A stretch of DNA of 64,000 nucleotides from Abditibacteriaceae bacterium (GTDB lineage Bacteria; Armatimonadota; Abditibacteriia; Abditibacteriales; Abditibacteriaceae). The DNA lies in contig OZ255721.1 of the NCBI GenBank assembly GCA_965277285.1, forward strand, positions 3,456,001 through 3,520,000, read 5' to 3'. Numbering within the stretch: the first letter of the stretch is position 1; the number at the start of each line of letters is the position of its first letter. A program made the translations under genes and the position numbers. Shown here piece by piece: positions 10,626 through 20,301 of the stretch. The notes beneath the pieces are model-generated. The model worked only from the letters and a program-made list of their open reading frames with translations, ran no database searches and had not been told where the DNA came from.

Positions 10626-10660
10626 AAAAGGTCGAGTACTCGAATTGAGTACTCGACCTT
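10626..10660. terminator. Hairpin between convergent genes built from two palindrome cores
   Basis: AAGGTCGAGTACTC-GAATT-GAGTACTCGACCTT. Confidence 0.7.
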
Positions 10661-10681
10661 CGGTTTATGTGTAACTACAAT

Positions 10682-11230
10682 TTACGATGTGCTGGTGCTG
10701 CCTGTCACATCGCCGCTGACATCTTTGCGTTGGGCGCTGCTGGCGGTGTTGGTATAAGAACCGTCGCCGACAGCCGGTGCAGTGCCGCTGGCCATCGCTG
10801 CGAAATCGCCGCTTTCGGCGACTTTCTTGAAGCGATTGAGGTCTTCTTCCAATTGGTCTTCGGGGTCGGAGAAAATTTTGGCGACGGCTTCGCCCAGAAT
10901 GCCTGCGGGCGGCGTATATTCCAAGCCGACCGTCACTTTGGTTTCGCCGCTGCCAGCCTCTTCAAAAGTGACGGCGCCGTGCGTTTCGATATGGCCTTCG
11001 ACGCTCTGCCAGGCGATTTTCTTATTTTCTTGCACACTGGTAGTTTTGGCGTCCCATTCGACGTGAGTTCCCAGCGGGCCTTTGCTTTTCCAGTGCGTCA
11101 GGTCTTGTCCCGTCACATGAATGCTCTCGATGTTTTCCATGAAACGCGGGAAATTCTCGAAGTTCTTCCAAAACGAAAACACTTGCTCGACCGGCGCTTT
11201 TACAACCACCGATTTGGTTACGCTGCCCAT
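10682..11230 (-). CDS. SRPBCC (polyketide cyclase/dehydrase-like) protein
   Basis: APVEQVFSFWKNFENFPRFM, VEWDA, IAWQS, DLNRFK; AGGAG RBS. Confidence 0.9.
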   Translation of the reverse strand: MGSVTKSVVVKAPVEQVFSFWKNFENFPRFMENIESIHVTGQDLTHWKSKGPLGTHVEWDAKTTSVQENKKIAWQSVEGHIETHGAVTFEEAGSGETKVTVGLEYTPPAGILGEAVAKIFSDPEDQLEEDLNRFKKVAESGDFAAMASGTAPAVGDGSYTNTASSAQRKDVSGDVTGSTSTS

Positions 11231-11272
11231 AATTGTCACTCCTGAAAAGTTTGATTTCCGGCGCCAAACGGG

Positions 11273-11288
11273 TGCAAGCGAAGTGCCA
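11273..11288 (-). promoter_or_regulatory. Sigma-54 -24/-12 promoter
   Basis: Minus strand TGGCAC-TTCGC-TTGCA matches TGGCAC-N5-TTGCW, about 43 nt upstream of the SRPBCC start. Confidence 0.7.
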
Positions 11289-11304
11289 CAAAGGAAAATT
11301 AAGG

Positions 11305-11410
11305 AATGATGAATGAGGAATACGGAATGCAAACATATTGAACTTTGAGGACAACTTTGAACTTCGAGTACTCGATATTCCGTATTCCTCATTCATCATT
11401 CCGTATTCTC
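11305..11410. repeat. Inverted heptamer-repeat element
   Basis: ATGATGA ATGAGGA ATACGGA ... TTCCGTA TTCCTCA TTCATCA; related copies near 22041-22128 and 40463-40617. Confidence 0.65.
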
Positions 11411-11458
11411 CGTTCGCTGCTATACTGTGCTCTTCCCAGGAGGAGTTTGAGACGAATT

Positions 11459-12955
11459 ATGAGTACACAATCGCTGCACGAGCAGATCGGACTGCAAACC
11501 GGCAACCAGGCCGATAACGGCGCCACGCACAACACGACAGTTGCAACAGCCAACGGCTTCGCACACGCAGCCGCCAGTGGCGCGGCAGCAAATGGTTCGG
11601 CAGCGAATGGTGTCGCGGCGGCAGGCAACTCGGTAGCAGACAACTCGGCAGCGACAAAGGGCGCCACATTCGACATCGAAGCGATTCCTGAAATTAAAAT
11701 CCCGCCGCGCATTTTGATGGGCGCTGGCCCGTCGGCCTCGTATCCCGAAGCCTTGCGTGCGATGGGCGCCAATACGCTGGGGCATCTCGATCCCGAATTT
11801 ATCGGCATTATGAACAATGTCGGCACGATGTTGCGCGCCGTGTTCCGCACCAAAAACCGCATCACGGGCGCCATTTCCGGCACCGGCACGGCGGGCATGG
11901 AAGCCTCGTTGTGCAACCTGATCGAAGAAGGCGACGAAGTTCTGGTTTGCGTCGCAGGCTATTTCTCGAGTCGTATGCAGCAGATGGCCGAACGCATGGG
12001 CGCGCAAGTTCGAGTACTCGAAAGCGAGTGGGGCACGGTTTTTACGCCCGAAGAAGTGCGCGAAGCCTTGTCGCAAATGAACAAGCCGAAACTCGTCGCC
12101 ATTGTTCACGCCGAAACTTCGACGGGAATTTTGCAGCCTTTGGAAGAGATCGCCCAAATCGCGCACGAACATGGCGCTCTGATTGTGGTCGATGCCGTGA
12201 CGAGCCTCGCGGGTTGTCCGGTTTTGGTGGATGAGTGGGATTTGGACGTGTGTTTTTCGGGCACGCAAAAGTGCATCGGTTCGCCGCCAGGCTTGTCGCC
12301 GATTACCTTCAGCGAACGCGCGATGGACGTGATCCACAATCGCCGCAAACCGGTTCAATCGTGGTATCTGGATATGTCGCTGGTCGAAAATTACTGGGGC
12401 GACAGCGGCGCGGGCGGGCGCGCTTATCATCACACGGCGCCGTCGAACGCGCTTTTCGGCTTGCACGAAGCCTTGCGCATGACGCTTTTGGAAGGTCTGG
12501 AAAATCGCTGGGCGCGCCACGAACTGCATTCGCGCGCTTTGATGGCCGGTTTACTCGCGCTCGGCTTGAAACCGTTCGCGCAGGAAGGTCATCGTTTGTG
12601 GCAGTTGAACGCGGTGCGCGTGCCCGAAGGCGTTGACGACGCAGCCGTGCGCACGCAGCTTTTGCGCCGCTACGATACGGAAATCGGTGGTGGCCTGGGG
12701 CCAGTCAAAGGCCAGATTTGGCGCATCGGAACGATGGGCTATTCGGCCAATCACAGCAACATCGTCAACTTGCTGTCGGCCCTGGAAGACATCTTGAGCG
12801 ACATGGATTATCCGCTGGAAAAAGGCGCGGCGCGCGATGCGGCGGAACAAGTTTACGACGCGCACGAATCGAGTACTCGAACGCAGGGCGACAACGGTCA
12901 GGGCGAAACCATTCCCGCCGAAAGCGTGGCACAAGGCGTAGCGCACAAAGAGTGA
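11459..12955 (+). CDS. Alanine-glyoxylate / class V aminotransferase
   Basis: LMGAGPS, VHAETSTG, VDAVTSL, SGTQKC (PLP lysine), YHHT; Ala/Asn-rich N-terminal extension. Confidence 0.93.
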   Translation: MSTQSLHEQIGLQTGNQADNGATHNTTVATANGFAHAAASGAAANGSAANGVAAAGNSVADNSAATKGATFDIEAIPEIKIPPRILMGAGPSASYPEALRAMGANTLGHLDPEFIGIMNNVGTMLRAVFRTKNRITGAISGTGTAGMEASLCNLIEEGDEVLVCVAGYFSSRMQQMAERMGAQVRVLESEWGTVFTPEEVREALSQMNKPKLVAIVHAETSTGILQPLEEIAQIAHEHGALIVVDAVTSLAGCPVLVDEWDLDVCFSGTQKCIGSPPGLSPITFSERAMDVIHNRRKPVQSWYLDMSLVENYWGDSGAGGRAYHHTAPSNALFGLHEALRMTLLEGLENRWARHELHSRALMAGLLALGLKPFAQEGHRLWQLNAVRVPEGVDDAAVRTQLLRRYDTEIGGGLGPVKGQIWRIGTMGYSANHSNIVNLLSALEDILSDMDYPLEKGAARDAAEQVYDAHESSTRTQGDNGQGETIPAESVAQGVAHKE

Positions 12956-13086
12956 TTCACCGCGAAGGACAAGAAGGAGAAAGACGGGTTTGGAGTATGA
13001 AGTTCGACGCATTAATTCACGTAACGTACGTACACTCATCCCTCCTTTATTTTCTCTTCTCGTCTTTCGCGGTTCAAAACGGAATT

Positions 13087-13509
13087 ATGAGCAATCAAGT
13101 TATTAAAGGCTGCGGCTTTCATCACATTGCGTATCGCACGCCAAAGTGGGACGCAGCAATGCGTTTCTGGTGCGATGGTCTGGGTTGTGTCCCTAAGTTG
13201 CAGTGGGGCGAAGCGCCCAAGCGCGCCGCTATGCTCGACTTGGGCGATGGCAATTACTTTGAGCTTTTCGAGCGCGAACCGACGCATAACGAGAATGTGG
13301 AAGAGCGCGAATCGAGTGCTTTGCATTTGTGTTTGCGGACGGACAATTGCGAAGAAGCCGTGAAAGTTGCAGTTGCGGCGGGCGCGGAAGTGACGATGGC
13401 GCCGTCCGACGTGGATTTCAAAGGCCAGATCGTTCCTGCCGCGAAGATCGCGTTTATCAAAGCGCCGGGCGGAGTTATCGTCGAGTTCTTCCAGTGCGAC
13501 GCACTCTAA
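13087..13509 (+). CDS. VOC / glyoxalase family protein
   Basis: FHHIA, YFELF, HLCL, AFIKAPGGVIVEF. Confidence 0.88.
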   Translation: MSNQVIKGCGFHHIAYRTPKWDAAMRFWCDGLGCVPKLQWGEAPKRAAMLDLGDGNYFELFEREPTHNENVEERESSALHLCLRTDNCEEAVKVAVAAGAEVTMAPSDVDFKGQIVPAAKIAFIKAPGGVIVEFFQCDAL

Positions 13510-13635
13510 AGTTTTGTGCGCAAACTGTTTCAGCATCGCACGGGAATTGCAGTAATCGAGTACTCGAAGAATTGCAGAAGAGTTTGAAAGTTGTCGCATG
13601 TCGTTATTTTTCATTTTCTCAAGGAGAGAAAACTC

Positions 13636-13782
13636 ATGGAAGGTTATTGTGTGAAGTGCAAGGCGAAGAAGGAAATGAAGGACGCGCATGAAATCACGAT
13701 GAAAAACGGCAAACCGGCGCAGCAGGGCGTTTGTCCCGATTGCGGCACCAAAATCACGAAGATTGGCGGCGTCAAGGCGTAA
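13636..13782 (+). CDS. DUF5679-type small zinc-ribbon protein
   Basis: YCVKCK...MKNG...GVCPDCGTK; AAGGAG RBS. Confidence 0.85.
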   Translation: MEGYCVKCKAKKEMKDAHEITMKNGKPAQQGVCPDCGTKITKIGGVKA

Positions 13783-13878
13783 AAAAGTTGAAATCAGGAG
13801 GCTGAGGGCTGGAAAAGGTTTCCGAAAGAAAGCTGCGTCGTTCGGCTTCTTCCGTCTTCCTTTCCCAGCCTTTTTCTT

Positions 13879-14952
13879 ATGAAGTATCGAGTTTTTCCGA
13901 AAACAGATTTGCGCGTCAGTGAAGTCGGCTTTGGCCTGTGGACGCTGGCGACCAATTGGTGGGGCGAACACACCGACGAAGAAGCGATTGCGATGCTGCA
14001 GCAAGCGCGCGAACTGGGCATCAATTTCTTCGACACGGCGGACACTTACGGCAATGGGCGCGGCGAAACGCTGTTGCGCGATGCCTTTGGACATAATCCC
14101 GAAGGTTTGGTTTATGCGACCAAGTTCGGCTACGATTGGTACAACCAAAACCACGAGCGGCGCGGGCAGCAGGAAATCCCGCACAATTTCGAGCCGCAAT
14201 TTATCCGTCACGCCTGCGAGCAAAGTTTGCTGCGCCTGGGCGTGGACGCGATTCCTTTGTGGCAGATTCATAACGCGCACATGGATCACGTTCAAAACGA
14301 TGAGTTGTGGGACACGCTGGAAGCGTTGAAGCAGGAAGGCAAAGTGTTGCATTATGGCGTGGCCGTTGGGCCAGCCAACGGTTGGTTGTGGGAAGGCATC
14401 GGCGCGATGCGTCACCGCGATATTGCCAGTTTGCAAATCATTCACAATATTTTGGAACAGCATCCGGGCGGCGATTTCTTTGCGGATGCACGCGAAAACA
14501 ACGTCGGACTTCTGGTGCGCGTGCCGCATTCATCGGGAATGTTGGAAGGCAAATACACGATAGACACGACTTTCGCCGCCAACGATCACCGCCGCCATCG
14601 TCCGCGTTCGTGGCTGGTCAACGGAATCGAAAAGCTGAAAACCCTGACTTTTCTGACCGAAGGCCGCAATCAAACTTTGGGGCAAGCCGCCATCAAATTC
14701 ATCCTCAGCGAGCCAAGTGTTGTCAGCGTGTTGCCCAACATTTACGATGAGGAACAATTGCGCGAATTCGCCGCCGCACCCGATTTGCCCGATTTGACAA
14801 GCGAAGATTTGGCGCGCATCGCCGAATTGGAACGCATCAATTTTGGTGTCGAAGAAGAGCCAATGAAAATGAAAGGCGAGCCGGAAAGCGCGTTGCGCGA
14901 ATGGGAACAATCGCGCCAATCGAGTACTCGATTGCAGGAAGCGCAGGTGTAA
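13879..14952 (+). CDS. Aldo/keto reductase
   Basis: VSEVGFG, GINFFDTADTYG, ATKFG, SLLRLG. Confidence 0.95.
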   Translation: MKYRVFPKTDLRVSEVGFGLWTLATNWWGEHTDEEAIAMLQQARELGINFFDTADTYGNGRGETLLRDAFGHNPEGLVYATKFGYDWYNQNHERRGQQEIPHNFEPQFIRHACEQSLLRLGVDAIPLWQIHNAHMDHVQNDELWDTLEALKQEGKVLHYGVAVGPANGWLWEGIGAMRHRDIASLQIIHNILEQHPGGDFFADARENNVGLLVRVPHSSGMLEGKYTIDTTFAANDHRRHRPRSWLVNGIEKLKTLTFLTEGRNQTLGQAAIKFILSEPSVVSVLPNIYDEEQLREFAAAPDLPDLTSEDLARIAELERINFGVEEEPMKMKGEPESALREWEQSRQSSTRLQEAQV

Positions 14953-15007
14953 ATTATCAACAAGCGGCGAGAAATTATTCTCGTCGCTTGTTTTTTTGAG
15001 GTGATGA

Positions 15008-15496
15008 ATGCTGTTCCAAATGGCTCGCAATTATGTTGTTTCGTCTTTGAGTGGCGCGCCCGATGTTTACGAACACTTGCTGCGCGATCTTGCGCCTGAT
15101 GACGCGCGCTGGGATTTTAGTCCTGACGCGGAACGCTTTACCTTGCGCGGAATTGTGGCTCATCTGGCTGATTATACGGAAGTTTGCGTTTTGCGTTTTC
15201 GCCGCACGCTGGAAGAAAATGAACCGCATTTTCCGAATTGGAATCCGTCGCAAATCGCTCTCGACAACGATTACGCGCACAGCGACGCGCGCGAAAGTTT
15301 GCGACGCTTGCGCGAAAGCCGCGCGCAGATGAGCGAAATCGTGCGCGATTTGCCACAGGAAGGTTGGGCACGCGGCGCTTCCCGCGAAGGCGTGGGCGCG
15401 TTAACGCTGGAAGATCAGGCTGTAATGGTCGTGGCGCACGATGGTTATCATTTACAGCAAATCGTACAATGGTTGGAACAAGCGCCAAAAGTGTGA
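15008..15496 (+). CDS. DinB family protein
   Basis: IVAHLAD and HDGYHLQQI metal-binding histidines. Confidence 0.85.
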   Translation: MLFQMARNYVVSSLSGAPDVYEHLLRDLAPDDARWDFSPDAERFTLRGIVAHLADYTEVCVLRFRRTLEENEPHFPNWNPSQIALDNDYAHSDARESLRRLRESRAQMSEIVRDLPQEGWARGASREGVGALTLEDQAVMVVAHDGYHLQQIVQWLEQAPKV

Positions 15497-15576
15497 ACGA
15501 CGAAAGGAAGCGCGCATCGCGTACTCGATTGTCTTCTTTCTTGATGCGTAGAACGATTCATATTCCCCAATAAACA

Positions 15577-16218
15577 ATGATTTCTACACGTGATTTAGCC
15601 TTGTTGCCCGATATTGATCGCCTCAAACTGTTGGCGCAATCCTTGGCTATGCTGGACGCTATCTTGGAACCGGAATGGGATTTTCGTTATTACTCCTTCG
15701 ATACGCATTGGGCAACAGGAGAATCTCTGGCCTCAATGAGAAATGGCTCGGGTGACGCTTACTCCTTTTTGTTCTGCTCTGCGGGTGCGATTTTGAAAGG
15801 CTTCGCTCACGAGTCGGCGATGAGTCCTTATCGCAAAAAGCCGCCTCGCGTTTGGCCGGGAGTTTTGGATAATGTGCCTGAAGTGTTTTCCGCGTTTATA
15901 TCAGAACCCGCGTTTACCACCAACGACACGACGTTTTGCATTTGGCGTACTCAGTCGGATATTTCGTGGCAGCATGGTCGTATTCAATGGCCTGAGGCAC
16001 AAGACCCGGATGGTTCAGTCAGTTTGCTGGCTCTCTTGGACGGCAATCCGATAACTTATCAGGAATGGGCGGAGGATTATTATGAACGTTCCGTTGATCT
16101 GTCTGCCGTTACGCACATTTACGAGCATCGGCCTTTGTCCCAGAAGATAATCAAATCACTTAACAATTCTCTGTCGCTTTCCAACATCGACGATGACGTA
16201 AAGCAAATCGGGTACTGA
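15577..16218 (+). CDS. Hypothetical protein
   Basis: 213-aa ORF, AT-richer than neighbours. Confidence 0.75.
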   Translation: MISTRDLALLPDIDRLKLLAQSLAMLDAILEPEWDFRYYSFDTHWATGESLASMRNGSGDAYSFLFCSAGAILKGFAHESAMSPYRKKPPRVWPGVLDNVPEVFSAFISEPAFTTNDTTFCIWRTQSDISWQHGRIQWPEAQDPDGSVSLLALLDGNPITYQEWAEDYYERSVDLSAVTHIYEHRPLSQKIIKSLNNSLSLSNIDDDVKQIGY

Positions 16219-16285
16219 AGTTCACTGTCAGCGATTTACAAGCCTCAAGTATCAGCGTTGGAAACTGCTGCACCAACTCTATAAA

Positions 16286-16327
16286 GCAAGAAAGCGCCTA
16301 TCGAGTACTCGATAGGCGCTTTCTTGC
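16286..16327. terminator. Perfect 42-bp palindrome, probable bidirectional terminator
   Basis: GCAAGAAAGCGCCTATCGAGT|ACTCGATAGGCGCTTTCTTGC between convergent genes. Confidence 0.8.
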
Positions 16328-16342
16328 GTGGAGCGAGGCACC

Positions 16343-18130
16343 CTACGGTATTTTCGCGCTTGTTTTGGCTGCTCTTTTAATCGTGGTGCCGCGAATCAGC
16401 AGCGGAATGTCGTCGCCGATGTCGGCGCCGCCGTCGCGCAAGTTGGCTTGAATGGTGCGCAAGTTGGTCGGGTCTTTGCCGATCAAGTCGTGCGGCGTCA
16501 CGGTTTTGGTGGCGCACAACCAGGCCGCGACGCCCGCCGCTTCGCCCGCCGCCATCGTGATGGGAATAACGCGACACGAACCGGCTGCCGAATAAGTCGC
16601 GGACAGGCTGCGCGAGGCGACGAAAACGCCATCGACGGCTTTGGGAACCAGGGCGCGCAACGGCAAGGTGTAATAATAGCGGCGCGGCCCAAACGGGTTG
16701 ATCTGATTGCGCGTGTAAGGATGCAAATCGAGAGGATACGACGCCATTGCCACGCGATCAGGGAAAATTGTCTGGCCGTAAACATCCGACGCTTTCAGCA
16801 TATAAATGCCGTGAACGTGGCGCGTTTCGCGGATGTAAAGTTCCGGCGCGGCCTGCTTCAACTGTGCGTTTTGGAAGCCAGGCATTTTCTGGCGCAAATA
16901 AGCGATGAAATAGGGAAGTTCCGCCAGGGCTTCGTCGCGCGCGTGCTTGCGCGATTTTGGATCAAGTCCATTGACGCCCAAAATGTTGACTGTGTTGAGC
17001 ACAACGCTGCCGTCCTGCTGGCGCCCGAAGTTGATCGACAAGGTCATAATGTCCGGGCCGTGCGGCTTATATGGCTTGATGATGTCGCCGCGTTCCCACG
17101 CGTAATTGCCATGCAAACCGCCCAGATGCAGCCACACGTTCGGATCGACTTTGCCCGACGATGGCATTCTACGGTCGTCCCAACCTTTGGATAAATCGGG
17201 CAATGCGACGAATTTGAAGTTGCCGCGCGTGGCTTTCGAGTACTCGAAACCGGTTTGCTGAATCGTGGCTTGAGGCGTTGGTTTCGGTGTGAAAGTAGGA
17301 AACGCTTTGGCGGGTTTGTGAACGTCGCTGGCGCGCATACGGCGGCGTCCGCGAACATAAAGTCGCACTTCTTTCCAGTTGACGCCCGAAACCGAAAATA
17401 GCAAACCCGCCGATTGCATCCTTTTGTCGGGATTGGCGTTTTCGCGCCCAACGTAATAACCGCTGCCAGCGCGCGCCGCGAAATCGGCGTCATTGGTCGC
17501 ATCGACAACCGCGTTCGCCAACACTTCGCGCGTCGGGCCACCGTTTGGAACGGGCGCCGCAACTGCCGATGTGGACAGCGTCGAATTGGAATCGTTTTGC
17601 ACGCCGACAACCGGAACTTTCTGCAAATCGGCGCCGACAACGCGGTTGCCGTTTTTCAAAATGCGCGTGACGCGCGTTTCCGTCATCACTTCGATGTTGG
17701 GATCGGCGCGCACTGTTGACTCAAATAACTGGCGTCCGTGATCGACGCTGAACGCGACGCCCAGTTGATCGAAAAACTCGGCGAAAATGCCATGAACCGG
17801 CGACGCATTGCCCGGATTGATCGGCACATCGAACTGGTTCAGCATCGCGTAAACCGCGTCGCCGCCCAGATGTGTACGCTGCTCGACCATCAAAACACGT
17901 GCGCCGCGTCGTCCCGCTGCCAACGCCGCGGCGATTCCCGAAGGCGTTCCACCAACCACTAAAACATCATAGCGATCCGCTGCGGGAACTGACGAAAACT
18001 GGCCGCTTGCCGTCCACTTCGTCAGTGTGTGCGGCGCTTTATGATGCTTCCACCATAACAAGCCAAGCAAAGCGAGCAACGCTATGATAATTGGAACAGG
18101 CCGCACGCGCGAAGGTCGGCGACGGCGCAT
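16343..18130 (-). CDS. Membrane-anchored FAD-dependent oxidoreductase
   Basis: DVLVVGGTPSGIAAA, VDAT, YIRETR, YPLDLH; N-terminal TM; start could be 18205. Confidence 0.88.
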   Translation of the reverse strand: MRRRRPSRVRPVPIIIALLALLGLLWWKHHKAPHTLTKWTASGQFSSVPAADRYDVLVVGGTPSGIAAALAAGRRGARVLMVEQRTHLGGDAVYAMLNQFDVPINPGNASPVHGIFAEFFDQLGVAFSVDHGRQLFESTVRADPNIEVMTETRVTRILKNGNRVVGADLQKVPVVGVQNDSNSTLSTSAVAAPVPNGGPTREVLANAVVDATNDADFAARAGSGYYVGRENANPDKRMQSAGLLFSVSGVNWKEVRLYVRGRRRMRASDVHKPAKAFPTFTPKPTPQATIQQTGFEYSKATRGNFKFVALPDLSKGWDDRRMPSSGKVDPNVWLHLGGLHGNYAWERGDIIKPYKPHGPDIMTLSINFGRQQDGSVVLNTVNILGVNGLDPKSRKHARDEALAELPYFIAYLRQKMPGFQNAQLKQAAPELYIRETRHVHGIYMLKASDVYGQTIFPDRVAMASYPLDLHPYTRNQINPFGPRRYYYTLPLRALVPKAVDGVFVASRSLSATYSAAGSCRVIPITMAAGEAAGVAAWLCATKTVTPHDLIGKDPTNLRTIQANLRDGGADIGDDIPLLIRGTTIKRAAKTSAKIP

Positions 18131-18321
18131 CGCAGTCGTGAGCAGCAAAGGCGAAGCGGTCAGGGACGCAAAGGGCAAGGAACGAAGAAGATGAAATGCT
18201 GTCATTGCAAAGCTGTGGTTCGAGTACGGGAATGTGAAAATCGAGAGTTGGAAATAGGAACTTATTGTAACGATTTCGCGGGTGTTGCGACAAAAAACAG
18301 CTCGCCAAGGAACTGGAAATT

Positions 18322-18660
18322 ATGTTTGAAATGGATCACGTCGCTGTGGCTTCAACCGATATTGCGCGCGATGTCGTGTGGTATGTCGCGCAATTCGGCG
18401 CCGAAATTTTGTATCAGGACACGACATGGGCGTTTTTGCGATTGGGTCAAGGCAAACTCGCGCTCGTTACACCGACACAACATCCGCCGCACGTCGCCCT
18501 GCGCGTCGATGAAACCGCTCTGGAACAATTCGCATCGCGCATGCATACGCCAATCGACACGCACCGCGACGGCACCAAAGGCATCTACGTCAATGACCCA
18601 AATGGCAACGCGCTTGAACTGATTTGCTATCCAACGGGCGAAACGGTTTACGCAAAGTAA
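18322..18660 (+). CDS. VOC family protein
   Basis: MDHVAV, PHVAL, HRDG, DPNGNALELI. Confidence 0.88.
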   Translation: MFEMDHVAVASTDIARDVVWYVAQFGAEILYQDTTWAFLRLGQGKLALVTPTQHPPHVALRVDETALEQFASRMHTPIDTHRDGTKGIYVNDPNGNALELICYPTGETVYAK

Positions 18661-18727
18661 AGCGAACCCGAAGCGTCAGCGAGGGAGATATTCTCACAAT
18701 CTCCCTCGCTGACGCTTCGGGTTCGCT
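18661..18727. repeat. REP-like hairpin, family A
   Basis: GAACCCGAAGCGTCAGCGAGGGAGAT...ATCTCCCTCGCTGACGCTTCGGGTTC. Confidence 0.8.
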
Positions 18728-18729
18728 TA

Positions 18730-20223
18730 TCATAAGCCGTAGATTGCACCGAACTTTTCGTTCAAATACTGCGCATAAGGCGCGACATCCAGGTCGTTTC
18801 CGGTCGCGCGACGCACCAGTTCTTTGGGCGTGAAAGTCTTTCCGTGACGATGAATGTTTTCGCGCAGCCACGACAGGAGAACATCAAATTGGCCGCGCGC
18901 GATCTCAGATTCGATTTCGGGCGCGTCTTCGAGTACTCGATTCCACAATTGCGCCGACAAGATATTGCCCAGCGAATACGTCGGAAAATAGCCCATCGCG
19001 CCGATTGACCAATGCACATCCTGCAAAATGCCGTGCGCATCGTCCGGCGGATGAACGCCCAGATAACTCTTCATCCGCGCGTTCCACGCATCCGGCGCAT
19101 CTTTCACCGACAAGCGACCTTCCAACAGATCGTTTTCCATTTCGTAGCGCAGGATGATGTGCAGGTTATACGTCACTTCGTCGGCCTCGACACGAATAAA
19201 AGACGGCTCGACTTTGTTGATGGCGCGATAAAAATCGTCTTCTGAAACATCGTTCAACTGAGATGGAAACGTTTCCTGCAAGCGCCGGTAGTTGTGTTTC
19301 CAAAAACTACGGCTGCGACCGACCAGATTTTCCCACAAACGACTTTGACTTTCGTGAACGCCCAGACTGACGCCGCCGCCTAAAACGTTGCCGTCCAATG
19401 CGGGCGCGATGCCTTGTTCATAAAGCGCGTGTCCCATTTCGTGCAAGCTGCCAAACAGCGCCGACTGCAAATCGTTGGTGTTCAAGCGCGTCGTGATGCG
19501 CACATCGCCGCGACTGAAATTGGTGCAAAACGGATGAACCGACAAATCCTGGCGACCTCGACCAAAGTCAAATCCACATTCGGCGAGGACGCGTTCGGCG
19601 AATTGCTTTTGCGTTTGTCCGTCATAATCGCGCGCCAATATCGAATCATCAATCGTCGGCTGACCGGCGATTTTCTGAATCAAAGGCACGCTGGCGTCTT
19701 TCAACTGCGCGAAAATCGGGTTGAGTTGCGCGCACGTCATGCCTTCTTCGTACTGGTCTAAAAGCGCGTCATACAACTTGTCCCCGTAGCCCAACGCTTG
19801 CGCCGTGCGCTGGTTGATGTCGACGATTTTTTCGAGGTGTGGCGCGAAATGCGCGTAATCGTTGGAGGCGCGCGCCTTCGCCCATTCTTCCTGCGCAATC
19901 GAAGTCACGCGCGATGTTTCTTCGACCAATTGCGGCGGAAGTTTCGTCGCGTGATCGAACTCGCGCCGCGCCACGCGCAAAAAGGCGCTCGTTGTTTCGC
20001 TGCCGTCGTTGTCGCGCTCGGCCTGCTCCAGCAGCTTGCTCGTTTCGTCGCCGGATAACATCTGGTGCGCGATTTTGGAAAGGGTCGCGCGTTGTTCGGC
20101 GCGCGCCTCAACGCCGCCTGAAGGCATGTATGTTTGCTGATCCCAGTCGAGAACCGCGCCCGCCATATTGAGGTTGTGAACATCCGCCAAGCGCGCCTGA
20201 AGTTGTGTAAAAGATTCGCTCAT
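18730..20223 (-). CDS. Carboxypeptidase, family M32
   Basis: HPF, HEMGHALYEQG, HESQSR, IRVEADE, QDVHW, GYFPTY. Confidence 0.96.
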   Translation of the reverse strand: MSESFTQLQARLADVHNLNMAGAVLDWDQQTYMPSGGVEARAEQRATLSKIAHQMLSGDETSKLLEQAERDNDGSETTSAFLRVARREFDHATKLPPQLVEETSRVTSIAQEEWAKARASNDYAHFAPHLEKIVDINQRTAQALGYGDKLYDALLDQYEEGMTCAQLNPIFAQLKDASVPLIQKIAGQPTIDDSILARDYDGQTQKQFAERVLAECGFDFGRGRQDLSVHPFCTNFSRGDVRITTRLNTNDLQSALFGSLHEMGHALYEQGIAPALDGNVLGGGVSLGVHESQSRLWENLVGRSRSFWKHNYRRLQETFPSQLNDVSEDDFYRAINKVEPSFIRVEADEVTYNLHIILRYEMENDLLEGRLSVKDAPDAWNARMKSYLGVHPPDDAHGILQDVHWSIGAMGYFPTYSLGNILSAQLWNRVLEDAPEIESEIARGQFDVLLSWLRENIHRHGKTFTPKELVRRATGNDLDVAPYAQYLNEKFGAIYGL

Positions 20224-20301
20224 TCGAGTACTCGATTCCTTTGAAACGTTGATCTACACGAATCAGCTTACTAAGACGAGTTGTGCGCTACAATTAAAAC
20301 C

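Noticed and set aside
13636..13782. DUF5679 protein (or YebC) as the palindrome-binding factor
   Set aside because: Both families are widespread and nothing in the sequence links them to the motif
13036..14529. 497-aa minus-strand ORF
   Set aside because: Antisense to three well-supported plus-strand genes
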